Virus record (IMG/VR): IMGVR_UViG_2706794696_000015
Reading direction: 5' to 3' (one strand)
Source of the DNA: a virus
Lineage: Duplodnaviria; Heunggongvirae; Uroviricota; Caudoviricetes
Length of the DNA: 42,521 bases
The notes below the pieces were generated by a model. It made no database searches. It was not told the DNA's origin and saw nothing but the letters and a program-made list of their open reading frames with translations. The position numbers and the translations under genes are program-made. Each line of letters opens with the position of its first letter. Positions within the stretch are counted from its first letter, which is position 1. Of the stretch, positions 8,407-17,537 are shown in pieces.

Positions 8407-9059
8407 TGAGTAATAAATATTGCCAGGCGCTGGTGGAGCTGCGGAACAAACCAGCCCATGAACTGAAGGAAGTGGGCGATCAGTGGCGCACGCCGGATAA
8501 CATTTTCTGGGGAATTAACACCCTGTTTGGCCCGTTTGTTCTGGATCTGTTCACTGATGGTGATAACGCCAAATGTGCCGCTTATTACACTGCGGAAGAC
8601 AACGCGCTGGCGCATGACTGGTCTGAACGTCTTGCGGAGCTTAAAGGTGCTGCCTTTGGTAATCCCCCGTACAGCCGCGCCAGTCAGCATGAAGGGCAAT
8701 ACATCACCGGCATGCGTTACATCATGAAACATGCCAGTGCCATGCGTGATAAGGGCGGACGCTATGTTTTCCTGATCAAAGCTGCCACCAGCGAAGTGTG
8801 GTGGCCGGAAGATGCAGATCATATTGCTTTTATTCGCGGGCGTATTGGTTTTGAACTGCCTGCCTGGTTTATCCCGAAGGACGAGAAGCAGGTGCCGACA
8901 GGCGCTTTCTTCGCTGGTGCTATTGCTGTTTTCGACAAGACCTGGAAGGGACCGGCAATCAGCTACATCGGGCGCGATGAACTTGAGGCATGTGGTGAGG
9001 CGTTTCTGGCGCAGGTTCGCCAGCAGGCGGAAAAACTGGTCAGGGAGATGGCGGCATGA
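8406..9059 (+). CDS. Phage Dam-like N6-adenine DNA methyltransferase
   Basis: NPPY catalytic motif (GNPPYSRA); start overlaps upstream stop (TAATG). Confidence 0.8.
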   Translation: MSNKYCQALVELRNKPAHELKEVGDQWRTPDNIFWGINTLFGPFVLDLFTDGDNAKCAAYYTAEDNALAHDWSERLAELKGAAFGNPPYSRASQHEGQYITGMRYIMKHASAMRDKGGRYVFLIKAATSEVWWPEDADHIAFIRGRIGFELPAWFIPKDEKQVPTGAFFAGAIAVFDKTWKGPAISYIGRDELEACGEAFLAQVRQQAEKLVREMAA

Positions 9060-9382
9060 CGACGTTAACTCAATGCCAGCAGCAGGTGCTGGATATGCTG
9101 ATTTCTTACCAGAAAGAACGTGGCTTCCCGCCAACCAATCAGGAGGTGGCAACCATGCTGGGATACCGTTCAGTGAATGCAGCGGTGGAACATCTTCGCG
9201 CACTGGAGAAAAAAGGCGTCATCACGATAAAGCGTGGCATGGCCCGGGGTATCACTCTTCATACCGCGGTGAAGGACGACGACAGCGAGGCGGTCGGGAT
9301 TATCCGCTCACTGCTTGCCGGTGAGGAAAACGCCAGGCTGCGTGCAACCCACTGGTTACATGAGAGAGGCCTGAAAGTATGA
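9056..9382 (+). CDS. LexA N-terminal DNA-binding-domain homologue lacking the peptidase domain
   Basis: 108 aa; RSVNAAVEHLRALEKKGVI aligns with LexA RSPNAAEEHLKALARKGVI; no S24 domain follows. Confidence 0.6.
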   Translation: MTTLTQCQQQVLDMLISYQKERGFPPTNQEVATMLGYRSVNAAVEHLRALEKKGVITIKRGMARGITLHTAVKDDDSEAVGIIRSLLAGEENARLRATHWLHERGLKV

Positions 9383-9768
9383 AGCTGATCCTGCCTTTCC
9401 CGCCCAGCGTGAACACGTACTGGCGACACCCCAACAAAGGGGCATTTGCTGGTAAGAGCCTGATAAGCGCGGCGGGGCGAAAATTTCAGAGCGCGGCGTG
9501 CGCAGCAATAGTTGAGCAGTTACGTCGTCTGCCAAAACCAACGTCGGCACCTGCTTCAGTGGAGATCGTGTTGTTTCCTCCGGATAACCGGATCCGCGAT
9601 CTGGACAACTATAACAAGGCGCTGTTTGACGCCCTGACCCACGCGGGGGTGTGGGAAGACGACAGCCAGGTGAAAAGAATGCTGGTGGAGTGGGGACCGG
9701 TTATCCAGAAAGGGAAGGTCGAGATCACTATCAGTAAGTATGAGAAACCGGCGGGTGCAGCCGCCTGA
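9379..9768 (+). CDS. rusA: RusA-family Holliday junction resolvase
   Basis: 129 aa; LPFPPSVNTYW ... DLDNYNKALFDAL ... EDDSQV motifs. Confidence 0.85.
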   Translation: MKLILPFPPSVNTYWRHPNKGAFAGKSLISAAGRKFQSAACAAIVEQLRRLPKPTSAPASVEIVLFPPDNRIRDLDNYNKALFDALTHAGVWEDDSQVKRMLVEWGPVIQKGKVEITISKYEKPAGAAA

Positions 9769-9787
9769 TCAAGAGGAGAAACGAAGT

Positions 9788-10597
9788 ATGAATAATCTGA
9801 TGGTCATTGATGGTATTGAAGTTCGTCGTGATGCTTATGGGCGTTACAGCCTGAACGATCTGCACAGGGCAGCCGGGGGAGAACAAAAAAACCGCCCGAA
9901 ATACTGGCTCTCCAATAAGCAAACCTGTGAATTGATTGAACAACTTTTCACCGAGGGTGGAATTCCGCCTCTGGAACAAAATCAACCAGTTAGCGTCATT
10001 AATGGCGGAAATAACCAGGGGACGTATGTCTGCAAAGAACTGGTGTATGCCTATGCAATGTGGATCAGCCCGTCATTCCATCTGAAGGTGATCCGTACTT
10101 TCGACATGGTAACCAGCGCACCGGAAAAATTATCCGGACAGGCTGCTGACAAGATGCAGGCTGGCGTGATCCTGCTGGACTTTATGCGCCGGGAATTAAA
10201 TCTGTCTAACTCATCAGTGCTTGGAGCCTGTCAGAAGCTTCAGGAGGCTGTTGGCTTACCGAATCTGGCACCGCGCTATGCCATTGATGCTCCTGCTGAC
10301 GCGCCTGATGGCTCAAGTCGCCCCACGCTGTCGCTGAGTGCACTGCTGAAGCAGTATGGTATCCGCCTGACGGCTAATCAGGCATATCACCAGATGGTGA
10401 AGCTGGGGATCGTTGAACAACGCGAACGATACAGCCGTACCGCGATTAACAACATCAAAAAATTCTGGTCGCTGACGGCGAAAGGCTGCATGTTCGGCAA
10501 GAACATCACCAGTCCTGCAAATCCGCGCGAGACGCAGCCGCATTTCTTCGAATCCCGATTCCCTGAGCTGTTAAAGCTGCTCGATACCGTTCATTGA
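9788..10597 (+). CDS. KilA-N / KilAC domain antirepressor-like protein
   Basis: N-terminal MVIDGIEVRRDAYGRYSLNDLHRAAGGEQKNRPKYWL is KilA-N-like. Confidence 0.65.
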   Translation: MNNLMVIDGIEVRRDAYGRYSLNDLHRAAGGEQKNRPKYWLSNKQTCELIEQLFTEGGIPPLEQNQPVSVINGGNNQGTYVCKELVYAYAMWISPSFHLKVIRTFDMVTSAPEKLSGQAADKMQAGVILLDFMRRELNLSNSSVLGACQKLQEAVGLPNLAPRYAIDAPADAPDGSSRPTLSLSALLKQYGIRLTANQAYHQMVKLGIVEQRERYSRTAINNIKKFWSLTAKGCMFGKNITSPANPRETQPHFFESRFPELLKLLDTVH

Positions 10598-10598
10598 G

Positions 10599-11594
10599 GT
10601 GACCGTGAGAGCACTACTGACCCCTGAAATTGCCCCGCGTATGGGGATCGTATTGTTCAGGCCAGGTTCAGAGCTGATGCCCCTGTTTATGCAGGGGCGT
10701 GTTCTGCTGGAGCCTGAGCCGGAACGTTATTCATCTTTCGCCAGTGGTGCCGTTCCGGCGGCATCACAACCGCTGGCGGATGATCCTGCCGTTCGGGCCG
10801 TGTTCCGCAATGAGGCAGTGATCCGTCGTGCTGGTGGCGTGGAATGTCTTGAAAGCTGGTTACTTCGTGAAAAAGGCTGCCAGTGGCCTCATTCCGACTG
10901 GCACAGCGAGAACATGACCACAATGCGACACGCTCCGGGCGCAATCCGTCTGTGCTGGCACTGCGATAACCAGCTGCGCGATCAGTTCACGGAACGGCTG
11001 GAATCAATGGCAACGGATAACTGTGCCCGCTGGGTGTTGTCTGTTGTGCGTCGGGATCTCGGTTTTGATGATAGTCACGTTGTGACAATGCCGGAACTGT
11101 GCTGGTGGCTGATTCGTAATGACCTGGCGGATGCCTTACCGGAAAGTGCAGCCCGTAAGGCACTGAGATTACCAAAGCCTGTTGTGCCGTCTGTCACCCG
11201 GGAAAGTGACCTTGTGCCTTCGGTTCCTGCCACCAGCATCATCCAGGATAAGGCAAAAAAGGTGCTGGCGCTGAAAGTGGATCCGGAGTCGCCGGAGTCT
11301 TTTATGTTACGCCCAAAACGCCGCCGCTGGGTTAATGAAAAGTACACGCGCTGGGTTAAGACACAGCCGTGTGCATGTTGTGGAAAGCCTGCTGATGATC
11401 CCCACCACCTGATAGGCCACGGTCAGGGTGGAATGGGTACAAAAGCGCATGACCTCTTTGTGTTGCCTTTGTGCAGAAAGCATCACGACGAGCTGCATGC
11501 GGATACCGTGGCATTTGAAGAGAAGTATGGCTCCCAGCTGGAGCTGATATTTCGTTTTATCGATCGTGCGCTGGCAATTGGCGTATTGGCGTAA
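10599..11594 (+). CDS. DUF968-type protein with C-terminal HNH-like Cys/His motif
   Basis: 331 aa, GTG start; C-terminal CACCGK...HHLIGHG...CRKHHDELH. Confidence 0.55.
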   Translation: MTVRALLTPEIAPRMGIVLFRPGSELMPLFMQGRVLLEPEPERYSSFASGAVPAASQPLADDPAVRAVFRNEAVIRRAGGVECLESWLLREKGCQWPHSDWHSENMTTMRHAPGAIRLCWHCDNQLRDQFTERLESMATDNCARWVLSVVRRDLGFDDSHVVTMPELCWWLIRNDLADALPESAARKALRLPKPVVPSVTRESDLVPSVPATSIIQDKAKKVLALKVDPESPESFMLRPKRRRWVNEKYTRWVKTQPCACCGKPADDPHHLIGHGQGGMGTKAHDLFVLPLCRKHHDELHADTVAFEEKYGSQLELIFRFIDRALAIGVLA

Positions 11595-11607
11595 GTGGAG
11601 AACGAGC

Positions 11608-12360
11608 ATGAACCTTGAAGCCTTACCAAAATATTACTCCCCAAAATCTCCAAAATTGAGCGATGACGCACCGGCGACAGGCTCAGGTGGTTTAACGATT
11701 ACGGATGTGATGGCTGCGCAGGGGATGGTGCAGTCGAAAGCACCGCTTGGGTTTGCCTTATTCCTGGCAAAAGTTGGTGTTCAGGATCCTCAATTTGCGA
11801 TTGAAGGTCTGCTCAATTACGCGATGGCACTGGATAACCCGACATTGAACAAATTGAGTGAAGAAACCCGGTTACAGATCATCCCTTACCTTGTGAATTT
11901 TGCCTTTGCTGATTATTCCAGGTCTGCGGCAAGTAAGGCTCGCTGTGAGCATTGTGCTGGTACTGGATTTCATAATGTATTGCGCGAAGTGGTGAAACAC
12001 TCCAGAAGCGGGGAATCTGTTATCAAGGAAGAGTGGGTGAAGGAACTATGTCAGCATTGCCATGGTAAGGGAGAAGTCAGCACAGCGTGCAGAGGGTGTA
12101 AGGGTAAAGGTATTGTCCTGGATGAAAAAAGAACCCGGCTTCATGGTGTGCCTGTTTATAAGATTTGTGGGCGTTGCAATGGCAACCGGTTTAGCCGTTT
12201 ACCAACCACACTGGCGCGGCATCATGTCCAGAAACTGGTACCGGACCTGACGGATTATCAGTGGTACAAAGGATATGCAGACGTTATTAATAAACTGGTT
12301 ACAAAGTGCTGGCAGGAAGAAGCGTATGCTGAATCGCAATTGAGAAAAGTGACAAGATAG
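11608..12360 (+). CDS. Q: Late-gene antiterminator Q (phage 82/21-type, zinc-finger)
   Basis: CxxCxGxG and CxxC motifs; followed by a promoter plus short terminated leader typical of PR'/tR'. Confidence 0.7.
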   Translation: MNLEALPKYYSPKSPKLSDDAPATGSGGLTITDVMAAQGMVQSKAPLGFALFLAKVGVQDPQFAIEGLLNYAMALDNPTLNKLSEETRLQIIPYLVNFAFADYSRSAASKARCEHCAGTGFHNVLREVVKHSRSGESVIKEEWVKELCQHCHGKGEVSTACRGCKGKGIVLDEKRTRLHGVPVYKICGRCNGNRFSRLPTTLARHHVQKLVPDLTDYQWYKGYADVINKLVTKCWQEEAYAESQLRKVTR

Positions 12361-12391
12361 ATAATTTTCGCCGAAGATGTCGACGTGATAC

Positions 12392-12420
12392 TTGCATTTT
12401 TCAAAAAATATGGATAAGAT
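12392..12420 (+). promoter_or_regulatory. PR'-like late promoter
   Basis: TTGCAT - 17 nt - TAAGAT downstream of Q, ~40 nt before a strong terminator. Confidence 0.45.
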
Positions 12421-12463
12421 TTTCTCAACGATGGGCCTTGTATGTCTACCGTTGGTAAATGTC

Positions 12464-12490
12464 AAAAACCCGCCGCTGAGCGGGTTTTTT
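12464..12490 (+). terminator. tR'-like rho-independent terminator (copy 1)
   Basis: AAACCCGC-CGCTGA-GCGGGTTT hairpin plus T6. Confidence 0.7.
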
Positions 12491-12639
12491 GTGCCTGATG
12501 TCTCATGAAACTATGAAATGGATTGGTGCGTTAAACATTTTTTCTTATTATCTTTTAGATTTTGGAGAGATGGTTAACGTCTGTATTCCAGAAACTCGAT
12601 GGTTATTTAATAAATTAGTTTCAATGATGCTTCTAGGTT

Positions 12640-13065
12640 ATGACTGTAATGAAAAAGGTATTAATAGCAGCGATAGGTTTTTGTTTAGTTGGTTGTGCAG
12701 GTATGAAATTACCTGAGTATTCGCAAGTTAAAGCAAGTCCGTATTATACAGATTGCCGTGCGTTTGCCATGGATGTTTATAAAAATGATGGATACAGCAA
12801 AATTGCGAAAACTACTATCCTTAGCATGGATGATGTGAAAGCTAGATATATTGTGACAGGGTGTGTAGTTGCTATGGGGAAAAACACTGTAGAGGAAATC
12901 AAAGCTGATCTCTCTGCTAAAGGGAGTTCTTTTGGGCTTATCAGTGGAGCTTGTTCTAGTGCGGCATGTCGGGTTGATGTAGAGCAGCAAATGAACGCTT
13001 ATGTACTTGGTAGTTATTATGCTGCAAATAAAAAATTCCCGGATAAAATGAAAGCAGAGTTTTAA
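12640..13065 (+). CDS. Lipoprotein of unknown function (moron)
   Basis: 141 aa; signal peptide with lipobox LVGC; AT-rich gene flanked by two copies of the same terminator. Confidence 0.6.
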   Translation: MTVMKKVLIAAIGFCLVGCAGMKLPEYSQVKASPYYTDCRAFAMDVYKNDGYSKIAKTTILSMDDVKARYIVTGCVVAMGKNTVEEIKADLSAKGSSFGLISGACSSAACRVDVEQQMNAYVLGSYYAANKKFPDKMKAEF

Positions 13066-13142
13066 GCAAACCTTGTTTTCGATTATATGTCGAAGATAAA
13101 TGTTAGTAACGGCATAATAAGTAAATATATAGCTGTGATAGC

Positions 13143-13168
13143 AACCCGCCACTGAGCGGGTTTTTTGT
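13143..13168 (+). terminator. tR'-like rho-independent terminator (copy 2)
   Basis: AACCCGCCACTGAGCGGGTTTTTT, differing from copy 1 by one base in the loop. Confidence 0.7.
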
Positions 13169-13288
13169 ACCCGTAAACTTGGTGCAGTACAGTAAACACG
13201 CTGGTGGTCGTGAATACTGACTTTTTATCTTGCTGGCTTTTTAGACAAGAGTTATTGGTATGTCATGTTAACCAGAAGGGAAAAAGAC

Positions 13289-13492
13289 ATGCTAAAACAG
13301 CAAGATATGACAGAAACCGCCGCCGCAGTCCTTCATTTCTTACCTGCTGACAAGTGGGTAACGCCACGCATGATGACGAGAACTACCGGAGTAAGCGAAG
13401 CCCGGTGCCAGTTAATACTGACTCAGTTAGTTCTGGCGGGTCTGGCGAAGGATAACGGCGGGTACGGGAATAAATTCAGACGCTGCCAGTAA
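13289..13492 (+). CDS. Hypothetical small protein (alternative start 13265)
   Basis: 67-75 aa ORF upstream of the methyltransferase. Confidence 0.35.
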   Translation: MLKQQDMTETAAAVLHFLPADKWVTPRMMTRTTGVSEARCQLILTQLVLAGLAKDNGGYGNKFRRCQ

Positions 13493-13642
13493 TGGCGGTT
13501 TCCTGCTGTGAAAATGGGCGGCTGGTGGGTGTTGGTAGCACCTGCCAGCCATTCGCTCATGCTTACTGGTCACAAGCGAACCACGGCCCACTGCTTTAGC
13601 GCAAAAGCAGAGTGAGCCTACCAGAGTTACGCTTACTGATCC

Positions 13643-14695
13643 ATGAAAAATACTGTAAAAATAAACAGTGTTGATTTAATCAACGCTGATTGCCTGCATT
13701 TTATTCAGTCCCTGCCTGATGATTCCATTGACCTGATTGTTACCGATCCGCCTTACTTCAAGGTGAAACCCAACGGTTGGGACAATCAGTGGAAAGGGGA
13801 CGAAGATTACCTTAAGTGGCTGGACCACTGTCTGGCCCAGTTCTGGCGGGTGTTGAAACCTGCCGGAAGCCTTTACCTGTTCTGTGGGCATCGCCTGGCA
13901 TCTGATATTGAGATCATGATGCGTGAACGTTTCAACGTGCTTAACCATATCATCTGGGCGAAGCCGTCCGGACGTTGGAATGGGTGTAATAAAGAAAGTC
14001 TGCGCGCATATTTTCCTGCCACAGAGCGCGTTCTGTTTGCTGAACATTACCAGGGGCCATATCGCGGCAAAAGTGACGGCTATGCGGCAAAAGAAAGGGA
14101 ACTCAAACAGCACATAATGGCACCGCTGATATCGTATTTCAGGGATGCTCGTGCCGAACTGGGTATAACGGCAAAACAAATTGCCGAAGCCACAGGTAAG
14201 AAAAATATGGTTTCCCACTGGTTTGGTGCCAGTCAGTGGCAGTTGCCGAATGAGGCTGACTATCGGAAGTTACAGGCACTGTTTTCCCGTATAGCGGCAG
14301 AGAAGTTTCAGGAACAACAACTGGAACAACCACACCACCAGCTGGTGGCATCTTATGATTCACTGAATCGTAAATATTCTGAATTGCTGGATGAGTTTAA
14401 ATCTCTCCGGCGCTATTTCTCCGTATCAGTCTCCGTGCCTTATACCGATGTCTGGATGCATAAACCCGTTCAGTTCTACCCGGGGAAACATCCGTGTGAG
14501 AAACCGGCGGATATGCTCAGGCAAATAATCAATGCCAGTAGTCGACCAGGTGATCTGGTTGCTGATTTTTTTATGGGATCCGGTTCCACAATAAAAGCAG
14601 CAATGGCGCTGGGGCGTCGGGCCTTAGGTGTTGAGCTTGAGTCAGAGCGGTTTAATCAGACAGTGAAAGAGATAAACGAGCTGGTGGGGAAATAA
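13643..14695 (+). CDS. Beta-class amino-DNA methyltransferase (N6A/N4C), no cognate nuclease seen
   Basis: DPPYF catalytic motif near the N-terminus and FxGxG (DFFMGSGST) near the C-terminus. Confidence 0.8.
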
Positions 14696-14702
14696 TCTGG
14701 TG

Positions 14703-14727
14703 GCCACGTCAGGTGGCCTTTTTATTT
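14703..14727 (+). terminator. Hairpin terminator after the methyltransferase
   Basis: GGCCAC-GTCAG-GTGGCC followed by TTTTTATTT. Confidence 0.5.
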
Positions 14728-14762
14728 CCATTACACAGCACCCGCATCTGCGAGGTGGGGTT

Positions 14763-14912
14763 ATGAAATCCATGGATAAGTTAACAACGGGTGTCGCCTA
14801 TGGCACCTCAGCAGGTAGTGCCGGGTACTGGTTTTTACAGTTGCTCGATAAAGTCACGCCCTCACAGTGGGCGGCAATAGGTGTGCTGGGTAGTCTGGTA
14901 TTTGGCTTGCTG
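14763..14912 (+). CDS. S: Holin (class II), 3' end lost in an assembly gap
   Basis: [50 protein letters not shown] with GAGGTGGGG RBS; matches the Stx-phage holin as I recall it. Confidence 0.7.
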
Positions 14913-15162
14913 NNNNNNNNNNNNNNNNNNNNNNNNNNNNNNNNNNNNNNNNNNNNNNNNNNNNNNNNNNNNNNNNNNNNNNNNNNNNNNNNNNNNNNNN
15001 NNNNNNNNNNNNNNNNNNNNNNNNNNNNNNNNNNNNNNNNNNNNNNNNNNNNNNNNNNNNNNNNNNNNNNNNNNNNNNNNNNNNNNNNNNNNNNNNNNNN
15101 NNNNNNNNNNNNNNNNNNNNNNNNNNNNNNNNNNNNNNNNNNNNNNNNNNNNNNNNNNNNNN
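14913..15162. other. Assembly gap (250 N)
   Basis: Run of N. Confidence 1.
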
Positions 15163-15229
15163 TTAAGTCACTGACCGGAACAGATAAACCTGTCCGTGGG
15201 CAGAAACCGATAAATCCTGATAAATATCC

Positions 15230-15763
15230 ATGAACGCAAAAATCAGATACGGCCTGTCGGCTGCCGTTCTGGCACTGATTGCCGTCGGTGCGCCCGCGCC
15301 TGATATTCTCGACCAGTTTCTGGATGAAAAAGAAGGTAACCACACAACGGCATACCGCGATGGGTCCGGCATCTGGACCATCTGTCGGGGTGCCACGATG
15401 GTGGATGGAAAACCCGTTTTTCCCGGTATGAAACTGTCGAAGGAAAAATGCGACCAGGTCAACGCCATTGAGCGTGATAAGGCGCTGGCATGGGTGGAGC
15501 GCAATATTAAAGTACCACTGACCGAGCCACAAAAAGCGGGTATCGCGTCATTTTGTCCCTATAACATTGGCCCCGGTAAGTGTTTTCCGTCGACGTTTTA
15601 TAAGCGGCTGAATGCTGGTGATCGTAAAGGTGCATGCGAGGCGATTCGCTGGTGGATAAAAGATGGTGGGCGCGATTGCCGCATACGTTCAAATAACTGC
15701 TATGGACAGGTTATTCGTCGTGACCAGGAAAGCGCATTAGCCTGTTGGGGGATAGATCAGTGA
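15230..15763 (+). CDS. R: SAR endolysin (phage lysozyme, GH24, phage 21 R-type)
   Basis: N-terminal signal-arrest-release segment [15 protein letters not shown] then lysozyme motifs [20 protein letters not shown]. Confidence 0.9.
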   Translation: MNAKIRYGLSAAVLALIAVGAPAPDILDQFLDEKEGNHTTAYRDGSGIWTICRGATMVDGKPVFPGMKLSKEKCDQVNAIERDKALAWVERNIKVPLTEPQKAGIASFCPYNIGPGKCFPSTFYKRLNAGDRKGACEAIRWWIKDGGRDCRIRSNNCYGQVIRRDQESALACWGIDQ

Positions 15764-16227
15764 GCAGAGTCGCCGCGATTATTTATGCTCTGGTTATCTG
15801 CATCATCGTCTGCCTGTCGTGGGCGGTCAATCATTACCGTGATAACGCCATCGCCTACAAAGAACAGCGTGATAAAAAAGTCAGTGAGCTGAAGCAGGCG
15901 ACCGCCACCATTACTGACATGCAGCAACGCCAGCGTGCTGCTGATGTACTCGATGCTAAATACACGAAGGAGTTGGCTGATGCGAAAGCTGAAAATGATG
16001 CTCTTCGGCGCAAGCTTGATAATGGTGGTCGGGTGCTCGTCAAAGGAAAATGCTCTGTGCCATCCTCAGCCGAAACCTCCAGCGCCTCCGGCATGGGCAA
16101 TGATGCCACCGTCGAACTCTCTCCAGTTGCTGGACGAAACGTTCTCGGTATCCGGGACGGAATCATCAGAGACCAGACAGCACTGAGAACGCTTCAGGAA
16201 TATATCAGGACGCAATGCCTTCGATGA
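15745..16227 (+). CDS. Rz: Rz inner-membrane spanin (alternative GTG start at 15760)
   Basis: N-terminal [27 protein letters not shown] closely matches lambda Rz; overlaps the endolysin end. Confidence 0.8.
   Translation: MGDRSVSRVAAIIYALVICIIVCLSWAVNHYRDNAIAYKEQRDKKVSELKQATATITDMQQRQRAADVLDAKYTKELADAKAENDALRRKLDNGGRVLVKGKCSVPSSAETSSASGMGNDATVELSPVAGRNVLGIRDGIIRDQTALRTLQEYIRTQCLR
15980..16186 (+). CDS. Rz1: Rz1 outer-membrane lipoprotein spanin, embedded in Rz in the +1 frame
   Basis: [22 protein letters not shown] lipobox followed by a Pro-rich segment. Confidence 0.75.
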   Translation: MRKLKMMLFGASLIMVVGCSSKENALCHPQPKPPAPPAWAMMPPSNSLQLLDETFSVSGTESSETRQH

Positions 16228-16401
16228 TAGCGATAATTTTACTCATCATCCTTCACATTTGGCTCTGTAGACAGGGTGGTGATCACTTCTGGAGTGAATC
16301 CAGATTAAACATCTCATTGCTGATGCTTGAAGTTGAGCATCTGGCGCGCGGTAAGGGGCTGCGTTGAAATAAGAGCCAGTCATTAAAAATACCTGGATTT
16401 A

Positions 16402-16424
16402 GCCTCGCATTCGCGGGGCTTTTT
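16402..16424 (+). terminator. Rho-independent terminator after the lysis cassette
   Basis: GCCTCGC-ATTC-GCGGGGC (one G-U pair) plus TTTTT. Confidence 0.5.
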
Positions 16425-16911
16425 ATTGCCATTACAAAAGCCACTCCCTACAGAGTGGCTTTGATAATGGCTTATACCCTACACGGGATAACTTAACTGA
16501 TATCCCTTTTAACGGATAAAGGTATTCAAGCCTGACACATCATGCGCTGTATCGTCGCCGTATTCCCGTATTAACAGAGACCGTAGCCCGACGGGGAACT
16601 CCTTCTGCGAGAGTGTGCGGGAATAATCAAAAACGATGCACACCGGGTTTTTACCGCGTTTATGGTTCGCGGGTTTGTCCCTCATGCTCGCCAGTCCTGT
16701 GCGGGGGTGGAAGAAACAGGATACTCACACAGATTCTTGTGGGCACGATGCTATTCCTTTCTGGATTATCCCGATGCCATTCATGCAAGGCGCTGTATCA
16801 GACGTTCGTCATGTCTGTCAGGCTGACGGGTCCTCCCGGTGGAGTGGCCTGCCACGGGGCGGGAGCGTCGCGGAAAAAGGCTAGTTTTTGAAATTTCATT
16901 CGTCATCACCA

Positions 16912-16950
16912 CCACTGTAATAGATTGATATTACAGTGGTTTTGTTTTTA
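16912..16950 (+). terminator. Hairpin with T-rich tail upstream of terS
   Basis: CCACTGTAAT - 8 nt - ATTACAGTGG perfect inverted repeat followed by TTTTGTTTTT. Confidence 0.45.
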
Positions 16951-17042
16951 TGGTGTCGATTTTGATTGTTTTTTGTTCATCACTAACACCGTTTGCCTAA
17001 AGTTGTTCGCGAGATGCATGTTTAAAACATTCTGGAGCGGGT

Positions 17043-17537
17043 ATGGATCGAGAGTTAAAAAATCTGACGCTGAATATCAGTCAACTGGCGGCACTGTCAG
17101 GTGTACATCGCCAGACTGCTGCGGCAAGGCTGCAAAATCTACCCGTTGCAGGGGGGCATGAAAGCAACCTCAAGCTTTATCGGGTGGTTGATATTGTGTC
17201 GGCATTTCTGGCATTGCCACCGCCGGTTGCAGAAGGCGAAATGGACGCGCATGAGCGCAAAGCCTGGTATCAGTCTGAACGTGAGCGTCTTAAGTTCGAA
17301 CAGGAAACGGCACAACTCATTCCGGCCAGTGATGTCAGACGGGAGTTTGCCATCTGGGCAAAAGCGGTCGTGCAGGTGCTGGAGACATTACCGGATATTC
17401 TGGAACGTGACTGCGGTCTGCAGCCTGCCGCTGTGAGCCGTGTTCAGTCCATTATTGATGATCTGCGCGATCAGATAGCCCTGCGGGTGACTGAAGCAGG
17501 TGCGGATGATGAGGAGGAATTACAGCAGGAGGAGTAA
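17043..17537 (+). CDS. Terminase small subunit
   Basis: 164 aa, acidic C-terminus, immediately upstream of and overlapping the large terminase start. Confidence 0.65.
   Translation: MDRELKNLTLNISQLAALSGVHRQTAAARLQNLPVAGGHESNLKLYRVVDIVSAFLALPPPVAEGEMDAHERKAWYQSERERLKFEQETAQLIPASDVRREFAIWAKAVVQVLETLPDILERDCGLQPAAVSRVQSIIDDLRDQIALRVTEAGADDEEELQQEE

Noticed and set aside
8403-9203. 266-aa minus-strand ORF antisense to the methyltransferase and LexA-like genes
   Set aside because: The + strand genes have clear catalytic motifs and translational coupling; the antisense frame has no RBS and a biased composition.
13493-13642. Possible tRNA gene in the intergenic region before the late-region methyltransferase
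   Set aside because: Some lambdoid phages carry tRNAs near Q/S, but I found no cloverleaf-compatible segment or T-loop (GTTCRANYC) here.
14798-15532. 244-aa minus-strand ORF and other ORF-track entries spanning runs of X
   Set aside because: They read through the assembly gap (N translated as X) and are antisense to the holin/endolysin genes.
16613-17161. Short plus-strand ORFs (16613-16891, 16636-16884, 16925-17161) between the lysis cassette and terS
   Set aside because: No RBS and odd composition; this interval more likely holds terminators and the packaging (cos/pac) site. I looked for the lambda cosN sequence GGGCGGCGACCT and did not see it, consistent with a non-lambda terminase.
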